Assembly (NCBI GenBank): GCA_038231435.1 | Contig: JBBRLJ010000001.1 | Location: 192,001 to 256,000 of the forward strand | Length of the DNA stretch: 64,000 bases | Reading direction: 5' to 3' | Source: Planctomycetota bacterium | GTDB lineage: Bacteria; Planctomycetota; UBA11346 | In this document: positions 48,520 to 58,432 of the stretch, piece after piece | Numbering within the stretch: the stretch's first letter is position 1 | Layout of the letters: every line of letters starts with the position of its first letter | The notes under the pieces: generated by a model | What the model saw: only the letters and a program-made list of their open reading frames with translations | Database searches by the model: none | Told to the model about the DNA's origin: nothing | Position numbers and translations under genes: made by a program

Positions 48520-49017
48520 TCACCCCTCTACGGCCGTCGCCGTCGGCTTGCCGCCCACTCCCGCTCCACTGCGTTGGCACGCCGCGCAGACGCCATAGAG
48601 CTCCATGCGATGGTGGCTCATGTGGAAACCGTAGCTGTTGGCGACCTCGTCTTGCAGGGTTTCAATGCGATCGTGGTGGAATTCCTGGATGGCCCCGCAC
48701 GCCAAGCACACCAGATGGTCGTGGTGGTCCTTGTTGACCGCCGACTCGAAGCTCGCCGAGCCGCCACCGAAGTGACGTTTGTGCGCGACGCCGATCTCGA
48801 CCAGCATGTTCACGGTGCGATAGACCGTGGCCGCGCTCACCGAACGGTCGATGTCGCGCACCCGGCGATGCAGTTCCTCGACGGTGATGTGCTCGCCAGA
48901 GGCGAGGAAGGTCTCGAGCACCACCTGGCGCTGCGCCGTCCAGCGTACGCCGCGGCGACGCGCTTCCGCGCGCACGCTCCCCAGTACCGAGCGCAGGATG
49001 TCAGGCGGGGATTCCAC
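48520..49017 (-). CDS. fur: Fur-family transcriptional regulator
   Basis: TAQR, HITVEEL, ATVYRT, HHDHLVCLACG, LYGVC..C. Confidence 0.9.
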   Translation of the reverse strand: MESPPDILRSVLGSVRAEARRRGVRWTAQRQVVLETFLASGEHITVEELHRRVRDIDRSVSAATVYRTVNMLVEIGVAHKRHFGGGSASFESAVNKDHHDHLVCLACGAIQEFHHDRIETLQDEVANSYGFHMSHHRMELYGVCAACQRSGAGVGGKPTATAVEG

Positions 49018-49220
49018 AGTACCACCTTATAGCCGGGCAGTGATGCCCTCAAGCGCCAAAAGGCGCAAAAACGGCCCCGGAACGAGCGCGAGCGTCCACG
49101 TCGCCGCTGGCATCGCCCCACTTGGCGCGCCTGCTGGGCCATGTATGGTCCCGGCCGCCATCATCGTCGACCCGTCGCCAACCACGACCGACATCCACCT
49201 TCCGCCCATCCGAGGATCCC

Positions 49221-50204
49221 ATGCCCAAGACCATGCGCGTAGCCGTCACCGGCGCCGCCGGCGCCATCTGCTACAGCCTGCTGCCGCGTATCGCCTCGGG
49301 CGAGATGTTCGGCAAGGACGTGCCGGTGATCCTGCAGCTGCTCGAAGTCCCGGTCGAGAAGCCACAGGCCGCGCTGCGCGGCGTGGCCATGGAACTCGAG
49401 GACTGCGCGTTCCCGCTGCTGCAGGACGTTATCCTCAGCGACAAGCCAGACGTCGCCTTCAAGGACGCCAACTGGTGCCTGCTGGTCGGATCGAAGCCGC
49501 GCGGGCCGGGCATGGAGCGCGCCGACCTGCTCAAGGACAACGGCAGGATCTTCATCGGCCAGGGCACCTCGATCGACTCCGTCGCTGCCGACGACTGTCG
49601 CGTCGCGGTCGTCGGCAATCCTTGCAACACCAACTGCATGATCGCCGCCAAGCAGGCGAAGCGCCTGAAGCCCGAACGCTTCACCGCCATGGTGCGTCTC
49701 GACCAGAACCGCGCCGTCACCCAACTCGCCAAGAAGGCCGGCGTGCCGGTCACCGCCATCACCGACCTGATCGTCTACGGCAACCACAGCCCGACCATGT
49801 TCCCCGATTTCCTCAACGCCAAGATCGGCGGCAGAAAGGTCTCCGAGGTCATCACGGACGAGGCTTGGCTGAAGGAGACCTTCATCCCGACTGTCGGCAA
49901 ACGCGGCGCGGCGATCATCGAGGCGCGCGGCATGTCGAGCGCGTTTTCGGCCGCGAACGCCCTCATCGACCACGTGCGCGCCCTGTCCACGACCGGCAAT
50001 ACCCTGCACTCGATCGCCGTCTGCAGTGACGGCAGCTACGGCTTCGCCGCCGGCGTCTGGGCCGGAGTCCCCGTCCGCACCACCGCCCCCGGCACCTATG
50101 CCGTCGACAAGACCCTCGTGCACGGCGAGTTCGCCAAGGCGAAGCTCGCCGCGACCAACGCCGAACTCACCGGCGAACGCGATCTCGTAAAAGAACTCTT
50201 ATAG
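49221..50204 (+). CDS. mdh: Malate dehydrogenase
   Basis: [51 protein letters not shown]. Confidence 0.96.
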   Translation: MPKTMRVAVTGAAGAICYSLLPRIASGEMFGKDVPVILQLLEVPVEKPQAALRGVAMELEDCAFPLLQDVILSDKPDVAFKDANWCLLVGSKPRGPGMERADLLKDNGRIFIGQGTSIDSVAADDCRVAVVGNPCNTNCMIAAKQAKRLKPERFTAMVRLDQNRAVTQLAKKAGVPVTAITDLIVYGNHSPTMFPDFLNAKIGGRKVSEVITDEAWLKETFIPTVGKRGAAIIEARGMSSAFSAANALIDHVRALSTTGNTLHSIAVCSDGSYGFAAGVWAGVPVRTTAPGTYAVDKTLVHGEFAKAKLAATNAELTGERDLVKELL

Positions 50205-50299
50205 TTGGGGGGCTACGGCCCCCCAACATCGCGCTCCGCGCTGCCCCCCACGCCGCAGGAGACAATCGGGTTTGGGAGCAGGCGCTTAGCGCTGCTCGA
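50204..50299 (+). repeat. REP-like repeat, copy 5
   Basis: Begins at the last base of the mdh stop codon; same hairpin and tail as copy 1. Confidence 0.87.
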
Positions 50300-50330
50300 A
50301 TCCAGGATATACATGTTAGCCGAGATCAGG

Positions 50331-50427
50331 TCGAGCAGCGCGCAGCGCCATGCTCCCAAACCCCACCGCTCCCTGCCTCCTTGGGGGCAGCGCGGAGCGC
50401 GATGATGGGGGGCCGTAGCCCCCCATC
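50331..50427 (-). repeat. REP-like repeat, copy 6 (inverted relative to copy 5)
   Basis: Minus strand GATGGGGGGC-TACG-GCCCCCCATC...GGGTTTGGGAGC...GCGCTGCTCGA. Confidence 0.87.
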
Positions 50428-51052
50428 AAAAAGCTTCTGCGACCACGATGAGGATCCGCTCCGACTCGCTGCCGCTGCCCAGCGCCCCGATCAGGCGCGC
50501 CTCGCCCGCACGCAGCACCACCGCCGGGTTCACCGTCTGGGTGGAGTGGGTGAGCGGCCGGCCCAGGTCCCACTTCTCGACGCCGACCAGCGGCGCCCGC
50601 GAATTGATGGATTTCAGCGCGTAATTGCCGTCGATGTGGATGCGACCCTCGCGGTCAATGGTGGGCACGATGCGCACGCTGACGCCTTCGTCCCATTCGC
50701 TCTGGCGCTGCACCATGCCGCCGCCGGGGGCAGGCTCGAGATAGGTGGCCTTGTGGGTGTTGGTGGCCGAGGCCTCCTTGCCGATGACCGCCTCGACGCG
50801 CGAGAACGCGACCTGCTTCACCTGGTCCTGATCGAGCAGGGCCAGGGCCTTGGCGAGCGGCAGCTCCTCGGGCAGCTGTCCGGTGCGCGCATCCTTCCCC
50901 AGCCGCTCGAGCGCTCCGGGTTGCAGATCCAGGCAGTAGAACTTGAAGACATACTGCGCATCCGCCGCCGCCACGCGGCCAGGGACGATTCCGGACATGA
51001 GCCCGATCAAGACGAGCACGACGAGTGGCGACCAGTGCATGCGAAGCGCCAT
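50426..51052 (-). CDS. Exported protein resembling a minimal secretin domain
   Basis: Signal peptide; EGVSVRIVPTIDREGRIHID and VVLRAGEARLIGAL. Confidence 0.6.
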   Translation of the reverse strand: MALRMHWSPLVVLVLIGLMSGIVPGRVAAADAQYVFKFYCLDLQPGALERLGKDARTGQLPEELPLAKALALLDQDQVKQVAFSRVEAVIGKEASATNTHKATYLEPAPGGGMVQRQSEWDEGVSVRIVPTIDREGRIHIDGNYALKSINSRAPLVGVEKWDLGRPLTHSTQTVNPAVVLRAGEARLIGALGSGSESERILIVVAEAF

Positions 51053-51194
51053 GGATCCTCCGAGGCGGGCATGGTCCAGGGCCCGATCCTGGATGCCAGT
51101 GGTGACGACGTCGGTGAGCACCCTTTGCACCACCCACTCCGGGCCCAGCGCGGCACGCCTCATCACCCTCGATCGCCCCTGGATCCCGCCCCGA

Positions 51195-51599
51195 TCAGGC
51201 CAGGGGGCACCCATGGATGGCCAACACCTGCCAGCGTCGGTCCTGGCTCCACACCCGCCCCCGCACCCGTTCGGATACCGCCCACAGCAAGGCCGGCCAT
51301 GCGGCGAGCGCCACCTCGCGGCCGCGCATCTGCCGCACCAGCATGGCGGCGCGTTGGTGGTCGACCGGCAGCACGCGCAAGTCTGGGAAGGCTGACAGCA
51401 GCCAGGAGAGGCGCGAAAACTGCCGTTCGTCGCGCACCCGCGCCAACAGGCTCTGCCGCACCCAGCCGAGCAGGAACAGGCGCCGGTCGCCGAGATGGCG
51501 GGCGAAGGCGTGCACGATCATCGGATCGGGTGCTTGGCGGCTGAAGGCCTTCACCCAGATGTCGTGATCGGGCAGGATCGGATCCGCGTCCTTGCCCAC
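51195..51599 (-). CDS. PIN-domain (VapC-like) protein, degenerate active site
   Basis: ILPDHDIWV, GWVRQSLL, VWSQDRRW; size and position downstream of an antitoxin. Confidence 0.7.
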   Translation of the reverse strand: MGKDADPILPDHDIWVKAFSRQAPDPMIVHAFARHLGDRRLFLLGWVRQSLLARVRDERQFSRLSWLLSAFPDLRVLPVDHQRAAMLVRQMRGREVALAAWPALLWAVSERVRGRVWSQDRRWQVLAIHGCPLA

Positions 51600-51601
51600 C
51601 C

Positions 51602-51796
51602 TCAGGACTCCGTGGGCGGCGATGAGATCACCGGCTGGAAATCGATGGTGCCCAGGAAGTCGATGGTCTTGAGCTGTTTTCGATAGGCGATCGCCTCCTT
51701 CACGGCTGCGTCCACGGCCTCCCGCTTGCTACGGAAGTCACCGACACGCATGAGCTCTTCGATCGCCTGAATATCGATATCGAGATTGGTGGCCAT
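51602..51796 (-). CDS. VapB-like antitoxin (DUF2191 type)
   Basis: MATNLDID..AIEELMRVG.FRSKREAVDAAVKE.I..RKQL. Confidence 0.85.
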   Translation of the reverse strand: MATNLDIDIQAIEELMRVGDFRSKREAVDAAVKEAIAYRKQLKTIDFLGTIDFQPVISSPPTES

Positions 51797-51826
51797 GTTC
51801 GCACAATACATTGTGCGAACATGGCC
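51791..51826. promoter_or_regulatory. Perfect 17-bp inverted repeat (operator) overlapping the antitoxin start codon
   Basis: GGCCATGTTCGCACAAT-AC-ATTGTGCGAACATGGCC. Confidence 0.8.
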
Positions 51827-51912
51827 GCAAGCGCCTGGTTTCCATTGTCGCAGGCAGCCGACATGGCAAGAATTCGGTCGCCCTTGAGCTGGCGAAGTTC
51901 GTCGCCGGCGTT

Positions 51913-51942
51913 TTCGCACAATGATTCGCACAATGATCGCAC
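51913..51942 (+). repeat. 12-bp direct repeat (TTCGCACAATGA)x2 plus partial unit in the sucA leader
   Basis: Shares a 10-11 bp core with the operator palindrome. Confidence 0.8.
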
Positions 51943-51958
51943 CCCCAGACGGAAGCCC

Positions 51959-54808
51959 ATGATCGTCCCCACCTCCATCGGCAGCGCAGCCAATCTCCCC
52001 CAGCTCGAGGAGATGTACGAACGTTGGAAGCAGGATCCCCAGCAGGTGGATCGCGACTGGCAGATGTTCTTCGCCGGATTCGACCTGGGCCTCGACCGGC
52101 CGCCGGAGTCCTCTGCCGGAGACGGCACGCCCAAGGCGGCGCCCTCCACCGATCTCGCCCGGCAACCTGGCCGCAACGAGCAGGAACGCGTCGACAGCCT
52201 GATCGACGCCTACCGCGACATCGGCCACACCATCTGCGAGCTCGATCCACTGGGCTTCAACAATCTCGCGTACAATCCTGCGCTCGAGCTGAAGGCCTTC
52301 GGCCTGCACGACGAGGATCTCGACCACGAGTTCGCCTGCGATCGCATCACCGGTCTCGGCCGGCGCGCGCGCCTGCGCGACATCATCGACTACCTGAAAG
52401 CCACCTACTGCGGGCACATCGGCGTCGAGTACCAGCACATCCAGGATCGCATCATCCGCTCGTGGGTGCGCGACGAGGTCGAGCGCGACCGCAACCAGCC
52501 CAGCCTGTCTCGCGACGAGAAGCAGCGCGTACTGATGAAGCTGCATCAGGCTGAGATGCTCGAGACCTTCATCCACACCAAGTTCCTCGGCCAGAAGCGC
52601 TTTTCCATCGAAGGCGGAGAAGCGCTGCTGCCAGCGCTGGACACCATCATCGAGATGGCCCCCGAGCTGGGCGTGAAGGAGATCGTGATGGGCATGGCCC
52701 ATCGCGGGCGGCTCAATGTGCTCTGCAACACGCTCAACAAATCCTATGAAGAGGTGTTCACCGAATTCGAAGGCTCGTACGACATCAATGAGCTGCAAGG
52801 CGACGGCGACGTCAAATACCACCTCGGCTTCAGCTCCGACCACATCAGTGCGACCGGCGCCAAGATCCACCTGACGCTGTCGGCGAATCCGAGCCACCTC
52901 GAGGCCGTCGATCCGGTGGTGCTCGGCCGCGTGCGCGGCAAGCAGCGTCAGCACCAGGACACCGACAGCCGTTCGGCGGTCATCCCCATCCTCATCCATG
53001 GCGACGCCGCCTTCGCAGGCCAGGGACTGGTTATGGAGGTCTTCCAGCTCAGCCAGCTCGAAGGCTACACCACCGGCGGCACCATCCACATCATCGGCAA
53101 CAACCAGATCGGCTTCACCACCCTGCCCGCCGATGGCCGCTCCACGCGATACTGCACCGACATCGCCAAGATGGTCGACGCGCCGGTATTCCATGTGAAT
53201 GGCGACGATCCCGAAGCGGTAGTTCACGTCGCCAAGATGGCGATGCGCTACCGCATGAAGTTCAAGCGCGACGTGGTCATCGACATCGTCTGCTACAGGC
53301 GCTGGGGCCACAACGAGAGCGACGAGCCGAACTACACCCAACCGACGATGTACGCGCGCATCGCCGAACACACGCGCATCGCCAAGCTCTACACCCAGAA
53401 GCTGCTCGATGTCGGCGAGATCCAGCAGGCCGAGGCCGAGGCAGTCGCGACCATCATGCAGAATCAGCTGCAGGACGCACTGAACACCGTGAAGGTGAAG
53501 CCGGCCAAGCTCACCCGCAACCGTTTCGGCGGCGTGTGGGAAGGCATGACCAACGCCTACACCCACGACGCGGTGGAGACCGGGGTGCCGGTGGCAACCC
53601 TCGAGAGCATCGGCAAGGCGCTCGCCACTTGGCCGCATGACTTCAACATCCATCCGAAGATCAAACGGCTCGCCGAGGACCGCGGCAAGGTCGTCGCATC
53701 GCACGGGCGCATCGACTGGGCCCTGGGCGAGCTGTTGTCGATCGGCTCGCTGCTGATCGACGGCATCCCGGCGCGCCTGAGCGGCCAGGATTCCCGCCGC
53801 GGTACCTTCAGCCAGCGCCACTCGTACTGGTACGACATCAAGAGCCGACTGCGCTACAAGCCACTCTCGCACATCGCGCCCGGCCAGGCCAACTTCTGCG
53901 TGTACAACAGCCCGCTGTCTGAAGCCGCGGTGATGGGCTTCGACTACGGCTATTCGCTGTCGGAACCCAACATGCTGATCATGTGGGAAGCCCAGTTCGG
54001 CGACTTCGTCAATGGCGCGCAGGTCATCATCGACCAGTTCCTGACCTCGAGCGAATCCAAGTGGGGCCGCGTGTCGGGCATCGTCCTGCTGCTGCCGCAC
54101 GGCCAGGAGGGCGCCGGTCCCGAACACAGCTCGGCGCGCCTCGAGCGCTTCCTGCAGCAAGCCGCCGAGGACAACATCCAAGTCGCCTACTGCACCACCG
54201 CCGCCCAGCACTTCCACATCCTGCGCCGTCAGATGCACCGCAAGGTGCGCAAGCCGCTCATCTTGATGACCCCGAAGGGCCACCTGCGTTCGAAGCAGGC
54301 GTCGAGCGACTTCGACGAGCTGGTCTCGGGGCGCTTCCACGAGATCCTGCAGGATCCGCTGTTCTCGATCCCGGGCGCGGCCAACGCCGCGGTGAAACCC
54401 GGCAAGGCCGATGCGAAGGCTGACAAGGTCAAGCGCGTGGTGCTGGCGACCGGCAAGGTCGCCCACGAACTCATCGATCGCCGCAACGAGGAGAAGCTCG
54501 ACGGCGTCGCGGTGGTGCGCATCGAACAACTGTATCCGCTGCACGAGCAGCTGTTGCTCGACACGCTCAAGCCGTTCGCGAAGGCCGAGATCGTGTGGTG
54601 CCAGGAGGAGCCACAGAACATGGGCGCATGGACGTTCATCCGTCCGTATCTGCGCCGCCTCTTCGGCAAGGAAGTCGTCTACGCCGGACGCGAGCCCGCC
54701 GCGAGCCCGGCGACCGGCAGCGCGGGCCTCTTCCAGCTCGAGCAGGAAGCCCTGCTCTCGGCCGCGCTCGGCATTCCCGCGCGCACCCTGGTCAAGGGGC
54801 ACCACTGA
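51959..54808 (+). CDS. sucA: 2-oxoglutarate dehydrogenase E1
   Basis: KRFSIEG, GMAHRGRLN, DVKYHLG, HGDAAFAGQG, WEAQFGDF, LLLPHG.EG.GPEHSSAR. Confidence 0.98.
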   Translation: MIVPTSIGSAANLPQLEEMYERWKQDPQQVDRDWQMFFAGFDLGLDRPPESSAGDGTPKAAPSTDLARQPGRNEQERVDSLIDAYRDIGHTICELDPLGFNNLAYNPALELKAFGLHDEDLDHEFACDRITGLGRRARLRDIIDYLKATYCGHIGVEYQHIQDRIIRSWVRDEVERDRNQPSLSRDEKQRVLMKLHQAEMLETFIHTKFLGQKRFSIEGGEALLPALDTIIEMAPELGVKEIVMGMAHRGRLNVLCNTLNKSYEEVFTEFEGSYDINELQGDGDVKYHLGFSSDHISATGAKIHLTLSANPSHLEAVDPVVLGRVRGKQRQHQDTDSRSAVIPILIHGDAAFAGQGLVMEVFQLSQLEGYTTGGTIHIIGNNQIGFTTLPADGRSTRYCTDIAKMVDAPVFHVNGDDPEAVVHVAKMAMRYRMKFKRDVVIDIVCYRRWGHNESDEPNYTQPTMYARIAEHTRIAKLYTQKLLDVGEIQQAEAEAVATIMQNQLQDALNTVKVKPAKLTRNRFGGVWEGMTNAYTHDAVETGVPVATLESIGKALATWPHDFNIHPKIKRLAEDRGKVVASHGRIDWALGELLSIGSLLIDGIPARLSGQDSRRGTFSQRHSYWYDIKSRLRYKPLSHIAPGQANFCVYNSPLSEAAVMGFDYGYSLSEPNMLIMWEAQFGDFVNGAQVIIDQFLTSSESKWGRVSGIVLLLPHGQEGAGPEHSSARLERFLQQAAEDNIQVAYCTTAAQHFHILRRQMHRKVRKPLILMTPKGHLRSKQASSDFDELVSGRFHEILQDPLFSIPGAANAAVKPGKADAKADKVKRVVLATGKVAHELIDRRNEEKLDGVAVVRIEQLYPLHEQLLLDTLKPFAKAEIVWCQEEPQNMGAWTFIRPYLRRLFGKEVVYAGREPAASPATGSAGLFQLEQEALLSAALGIPARTLVKGHH

Positions 54809-54889
54809 TGGCACCGCTCACGCATTCTCGCCGCTCTCAGCCAACCGCACGCTCCCGCGCCTCCAACCTCCGTGAAAGCACGCCAAGCC

Positions 54890-56191
54890 ATGCATAACGT
54901 CGTCATCCCCGCGGTCGGTGAGAGCATCACCGAGGGCACCGTCGCCCGCTGGCTCGTCCAGGACGGCGCCATCGTCGCAGACACCACGCCCCTGTACGAG
55001 CTCGAGACCGACAAGATCTCGACCGAGGTCCAGGCGGGCGCGGCCGGGCAGGTCCGGCTCAAAGCCAAGGAAGGCGAGACCGTGCCGGTCGGCGGCATCG
55101 TCGCCGAGATCGATACCACCAAGGCCGGATCGCCGGCTTCGCCGGCGCGTCCGGCCGAAGGCGCCTCGGTGCGTGCTCCGGCGGAAGCGGCCAGGCCCGG
55201 CGCCGATCGCGTTCAAACAGCGGCGCCTGCATCTGCGGCAAAGAATGCCACGCTGAGCCCCGCGGTGAAGAAGCTGGTCGCGGACAACCGCCTCGATCCC
55301 GCCGCCCTTCCCGGCAGCGGTAAAGACGGACTCGTCACCAAAGGTGATGTGATCGCGGCCCTGGACGCGCCCGCGAATCCAGGAGCGAATCCAGGAGGAA
55401 AGAAACCCGGCGACAAGGAGCGGCCGAGCACGCGCTCGTACACCCCCTCGACCGAACCCAAGGAAGCCGCGGCTCCGGTCGAACGCCCGGGTGGCGGTGT
55501 GAGCCGCAAGCGCATGAGCGCGCTGAGGAACCGCATCGCCCAGCGCTTGGTCCAGGCCCAGCACACCGCGGCGATCCTGACCACCTTCAACGAGATCGAC
55601 ATGACGGCGTGCATGGAGATGCGCAAGCGCTTCAAAGAGGAATTCGAGAAGAAGCTCGGCGTCGGCCTCGGCTTCATGTCGTTCTTCACCGCCGCCGCGG
55701 TCAAGGCGCTGCAGAAGTATCCGCTGGTGAACAGCCAGATCGACGGCGGTGACATCGTCTCGTTCGACCACATCAATGTCGGCGTCGCCGTCGGCACCGA
55801 GAAGGGCCTGGTCGTCCCGGTCCTGCGCCACGCCGAGCGCATGTCCTTCGCCGATATCGAACGCTCGATCCGCGAAGCGGCGGCCAAGGCGCGCGAAGGC
55901 AAGCTAGGGATCGACGACATGCAGGGTGGCACCTTCACCATCACCAATGGAGGCGTCTACGGATCCTTGATGTCGACCCCGATCATCAATCCTCCGCAGA
56001 GCGGCATCCTGGGCATGCACTCGATCAAAGAGCGCCCGATGGCGGTGAACGGCCAGGTGGTCATCCGTCCGATGATGTACGTGGCCCTCAGCTACGACCA
56101 CCGCATCGTCGACGGCGCCGAGGCGGTCGGATTCCTGGTGCGCATCAAGGAGCTGATCGAGGCTCCCGAGCGCATGGTGCTCGGGCTGTAG
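54890..56191 (+). CDS. sucB: Dihydrolipoyllysine succinyltransferase E2
   Basis: GESITE, ETDK lipoyl site, [26 protein letters not shown]. Confidence 0.98.
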   Translation: MHNVVIPAVGESITEGTVARWLVQDGAIVADTTPLYELETDKISTEVQAGAAGQVRLKAKEGETVPVGGIVAEIDTTKAGSPASPARPAEGASVRAPAEAARPGADRVQTAAPASAAKNATLSPAVKKLVADNRLDPAALPGSGKDGLVTKGDVIAALDAPANPGANPGGKKPGDKERPSTRSYTPSTEPKEAAAPVERPGGGVSRKRMSALRNRIAQRLVQAQHTAAILTTFNEIDMTACMEMRKRFKEEFEKKLGVGLGFMSFFTAAAVKALQKYPLVNSQIDGGDIVSFDHINVGVAVGTEKGLVVPVLRHAERMSFADIERSIREAAAKAREGKLGIDDMQGGTFTITNGGVYGSLMSTPIINPPQSGILGMHSIKERPMAVNGQVVIRPMMYVALSYDHRIVDGAEAVGFLVRIKELIEAPERMVLGL

Positions 56192-56202
56192 AGCGTATCC
56201 GC

Positions 56203-56805
56203 ATGGCGATGCTGCGCGCGTTCGGTCCGGGATTCCTCGCGGAGCGGTTCATGGCGGAGAGCCCGCTGCAGCACTGCGCCACGATCTCGTCATCCCAGCC
56301 CGATCCGGCGACGGATGCGTGGCCGGGCGTGAACATCGCGGTGAGCCTCGCGCCGTGGGGCGACTGGCATGCGCGCATCGCCGACGCGCTCGGCTTCGTG
56401 TCATCGGCCCACGTCGAGATCGAACGCCTGCGTTCGCGCTACGGCGCGCTCGAATCGTGGTTGGACTTCCCCGTGACCCGACGCCTCGGCGCCGAGACCC
56501 AGGACCACGAATTCCCACCTCGCCTGCTCGCCTTGTTGTCGGCGCTCGGGCTCGGTCTGCGCATGTCCTACCACTCCGCAGATTTCTCGGGCGCCGCCGA
56601 GCGTCACCCGCGCATCTTCGCGCATCCCGAGGTGTGCAACGGCAAGCCGGTGATCCGCGGCACCCGCGTGCTGGTGCGCAACCTGGTCGACGCCCTCGCC
56701 GAGGGCCGCACCCATTCCTCCATCATCGAGGACTTCCCGGACATCGCCGCCGAGGACATCGCCGCCGCCGTCGCCTTCATCCGCGAACAAGCCGAACGCG
56801 CCTGA
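56203..56805 (+). CDS. Two-domain protein with C-terminal DUF433
   Basis: HPEVCNGKPVIRGTRV...EDFP.I..EDIAAAVAF; start uncertain (56203 or 56251). Confidence 0.72.
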   Translation: MAMLRAFGPGFLAERFMAESPLQHCATISSSQPDPATDAWPGVNIAVSLAPWGDWHARIADALGFVSSAHVEIERLRSRYGALESWLDFPVTRRLGAETQDHEFPPRLLALLSALGLGLRMSYHSADFSGAAERHPRIFAHPEVCNGKPVIRGTRVLVRNLVDALAEGRTHSSIIEDFPDIAAEDIAAAVAFIREQAERA

Positions 56806-56892
56806 CCCGCTCCCTTTCTCCAGAAACCTCCCTCTGCTCTCACTGCTCTCCGCTTCCCCCCTTCTCCCTTCCCCGCCCTCTAGGACCTCCCC

Positions 56893-58302
56893 ATGCCAGA
56901 CTTCGATCTCATCGTCATCGGCGCCGGTCCCGGCGGCTACGTGTGTGCCATCCGCGCGGCGCAATTGGGGATGAAGGTCGCCATCGTCGAGAAACGCGCC
57001 GTCGGCGGCAAGCCGCGCCTGGGCGGGACCTGCCTGAACGTCGGCTGCATCCCCTCGAAAGCTCTCCTGGATTCGTCGGAGCACTTCACCAACGCCACCA
57101 AGCACTTCGCCGCGCACGGCATCGAGGTGGGGAAGCCGTCGATCGATGTCGCGCGCATGATGAAGCGCAAGGATCAGGTCGTCGGCTCGCTGGTGGACGG
57201 CGTGTCCTTCCTGATGAAGAAGAACGGCATCACGGTGCTGGTCGGCACCGGCAGCACCCAGGGTCGCGGCGCCGTCACCGTGACCGGCGCCGACGGTGTC
57301 GCCACCGGACACGCGGCCAAGCACATCGTCCTGGCCATGGGCTCGGTGCCGATCGAGCTCCCCTTCCTGCGCTACGATGGCAAGGCGGTAGTCAGCAGCG
57401 ACCAGGCCATCGCCTTCGAGCGCGTACCCGGGAAGTTGCTGGTGGTGGGCGGTGGCGTGATCGGCCTCGAGCTCGGTTCGGTATGGTCGCGCCTGGGCGC
57501 CCAGGTCACGGTGATCGAGTTCCTGCCGCAGATCTGCCCGTTCCTCGATGCCGACGTGGCCAAGGAGCTCACCAAGGTGCTGACCAAGCAGGGCCTGGCT
57601 TTCCACCTCGAGACCAAGGTCACCGGCGTGCAGCTCACCGACGGCAAGCCGACGCTGACGGCGACCGACAAGGCAGGCAAGGCGCTGACCTTCGCCGGAG
57701 ACGCGGTGCTGGTCTCAGTCGGCCGGCGCCCGCTTTCCGACGGCCTCGAAGCCGCGGGTTTCGCCCTGGACGAGAAGAAGCGCGTGAAGATCGACCTCGA
57801 TTTCCGCACCAACATCCCCGGCGTGTACGCGATCGGCGACCTGGTGCCGGGCCCGATGCTCGCGCACAAGGCCGAGGAGGAAGGCGTCGCACTCGCCGAG
57901 GTGCTCGCCGGGCAGTCCAACACCCTCGACCACCACCTCATACCGAACGTCGTCTACACCTGGCCCGAGGTCGCGACGGTGGGGATGACCGAGTCCGACG
58001 CGCAGGCCAAGGGCATTGCCGTCCGCATCGGCCGTTATCCATTCGGACCGAACGGTCGCGCCAAGGCCGCCGGCGAGCCCGACGGATTCGTCAAGATCCT
58101 CGCCGACGCGAAGACTGACAAGGTGCTGGGCGCGGCGATCATCGGTCCACGCGCGTCGGATCTGCTCGCCGAGATCACCGCGGTGATGGCCTTCGGCGGA
58201 GCCAGCGAAGACATCGCCCGCACCTGCCACGCACACCCGACCTTCTCGGAAGCGGTGAAGGAGGCCGCGCTCGATTGCCTGGGACGCGTGCTGCACGGTT
58301 GA
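56893..58302 (+). CDS. lpdA: Dihydrolipoamide dehydrogenase E3
   Basis: GAGPGGY, GGTCLNVGCIPSK, GGGVIGLE, HAHPTFSE. Confidence 0.98.
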   Translation: MPDFDLIVIGAGPGGYVCAIRAAQLGMKVAIVEKRAVGGKPRLGGTCLNVGCIPSKALLDSSEHFTNATKHFAAHGIEVGKPSIDVARMMKRKDQVVGSLVDGVSFLMKKNGITVLVGTGSTQGRGAVTVTGADGVATGHAAKHIVLAMGSVPIELPFLRYDGKAVVSSDQAIAFERVPGKLLVVGGGVIGLELGSVWSRLGAQVTVIEFLPQICPFLDADVAKELTKVLTKQGLAFHLETKVTGVQLTDGKPTLTATDKAGKALTFAGDAVLVSVGRRPLSDGLEAAGFALDEKKRVKIDLDFRTNIPGVYAIGDLVPGPMLAHKAEEEGVALAEVLAGQSNTLDHHLIPNVVYTWPEVATVGMTESDAQAKGIAVRIGRYPFGPNGRAKAAGEPDGFVKILADAKTDKVLGAAIIGPRASDLLAEITAVMAFGGASEDIARTCHAHPTFSEAVKEAALDCLGRVLHG

Positions 58303-58432
58303 GCCGGCCCCCGCGCGGCCAAGCCCGACGTATGACCTCTAGCCATCGTCTGATGTCATCGATGCCATCGTTGCCATGGTCCGGCGGGTCGCGGAGCTTG
58401 TCGCGCGTGGATGCCCGCTACGGTCTGACGCG

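Noticed and set aside
51602..54814. 1070-aa minus-strand ORF
   Set aside because: Antisense shadow of sucA; only the last 64 aa (the antitoxin) are a real gene.
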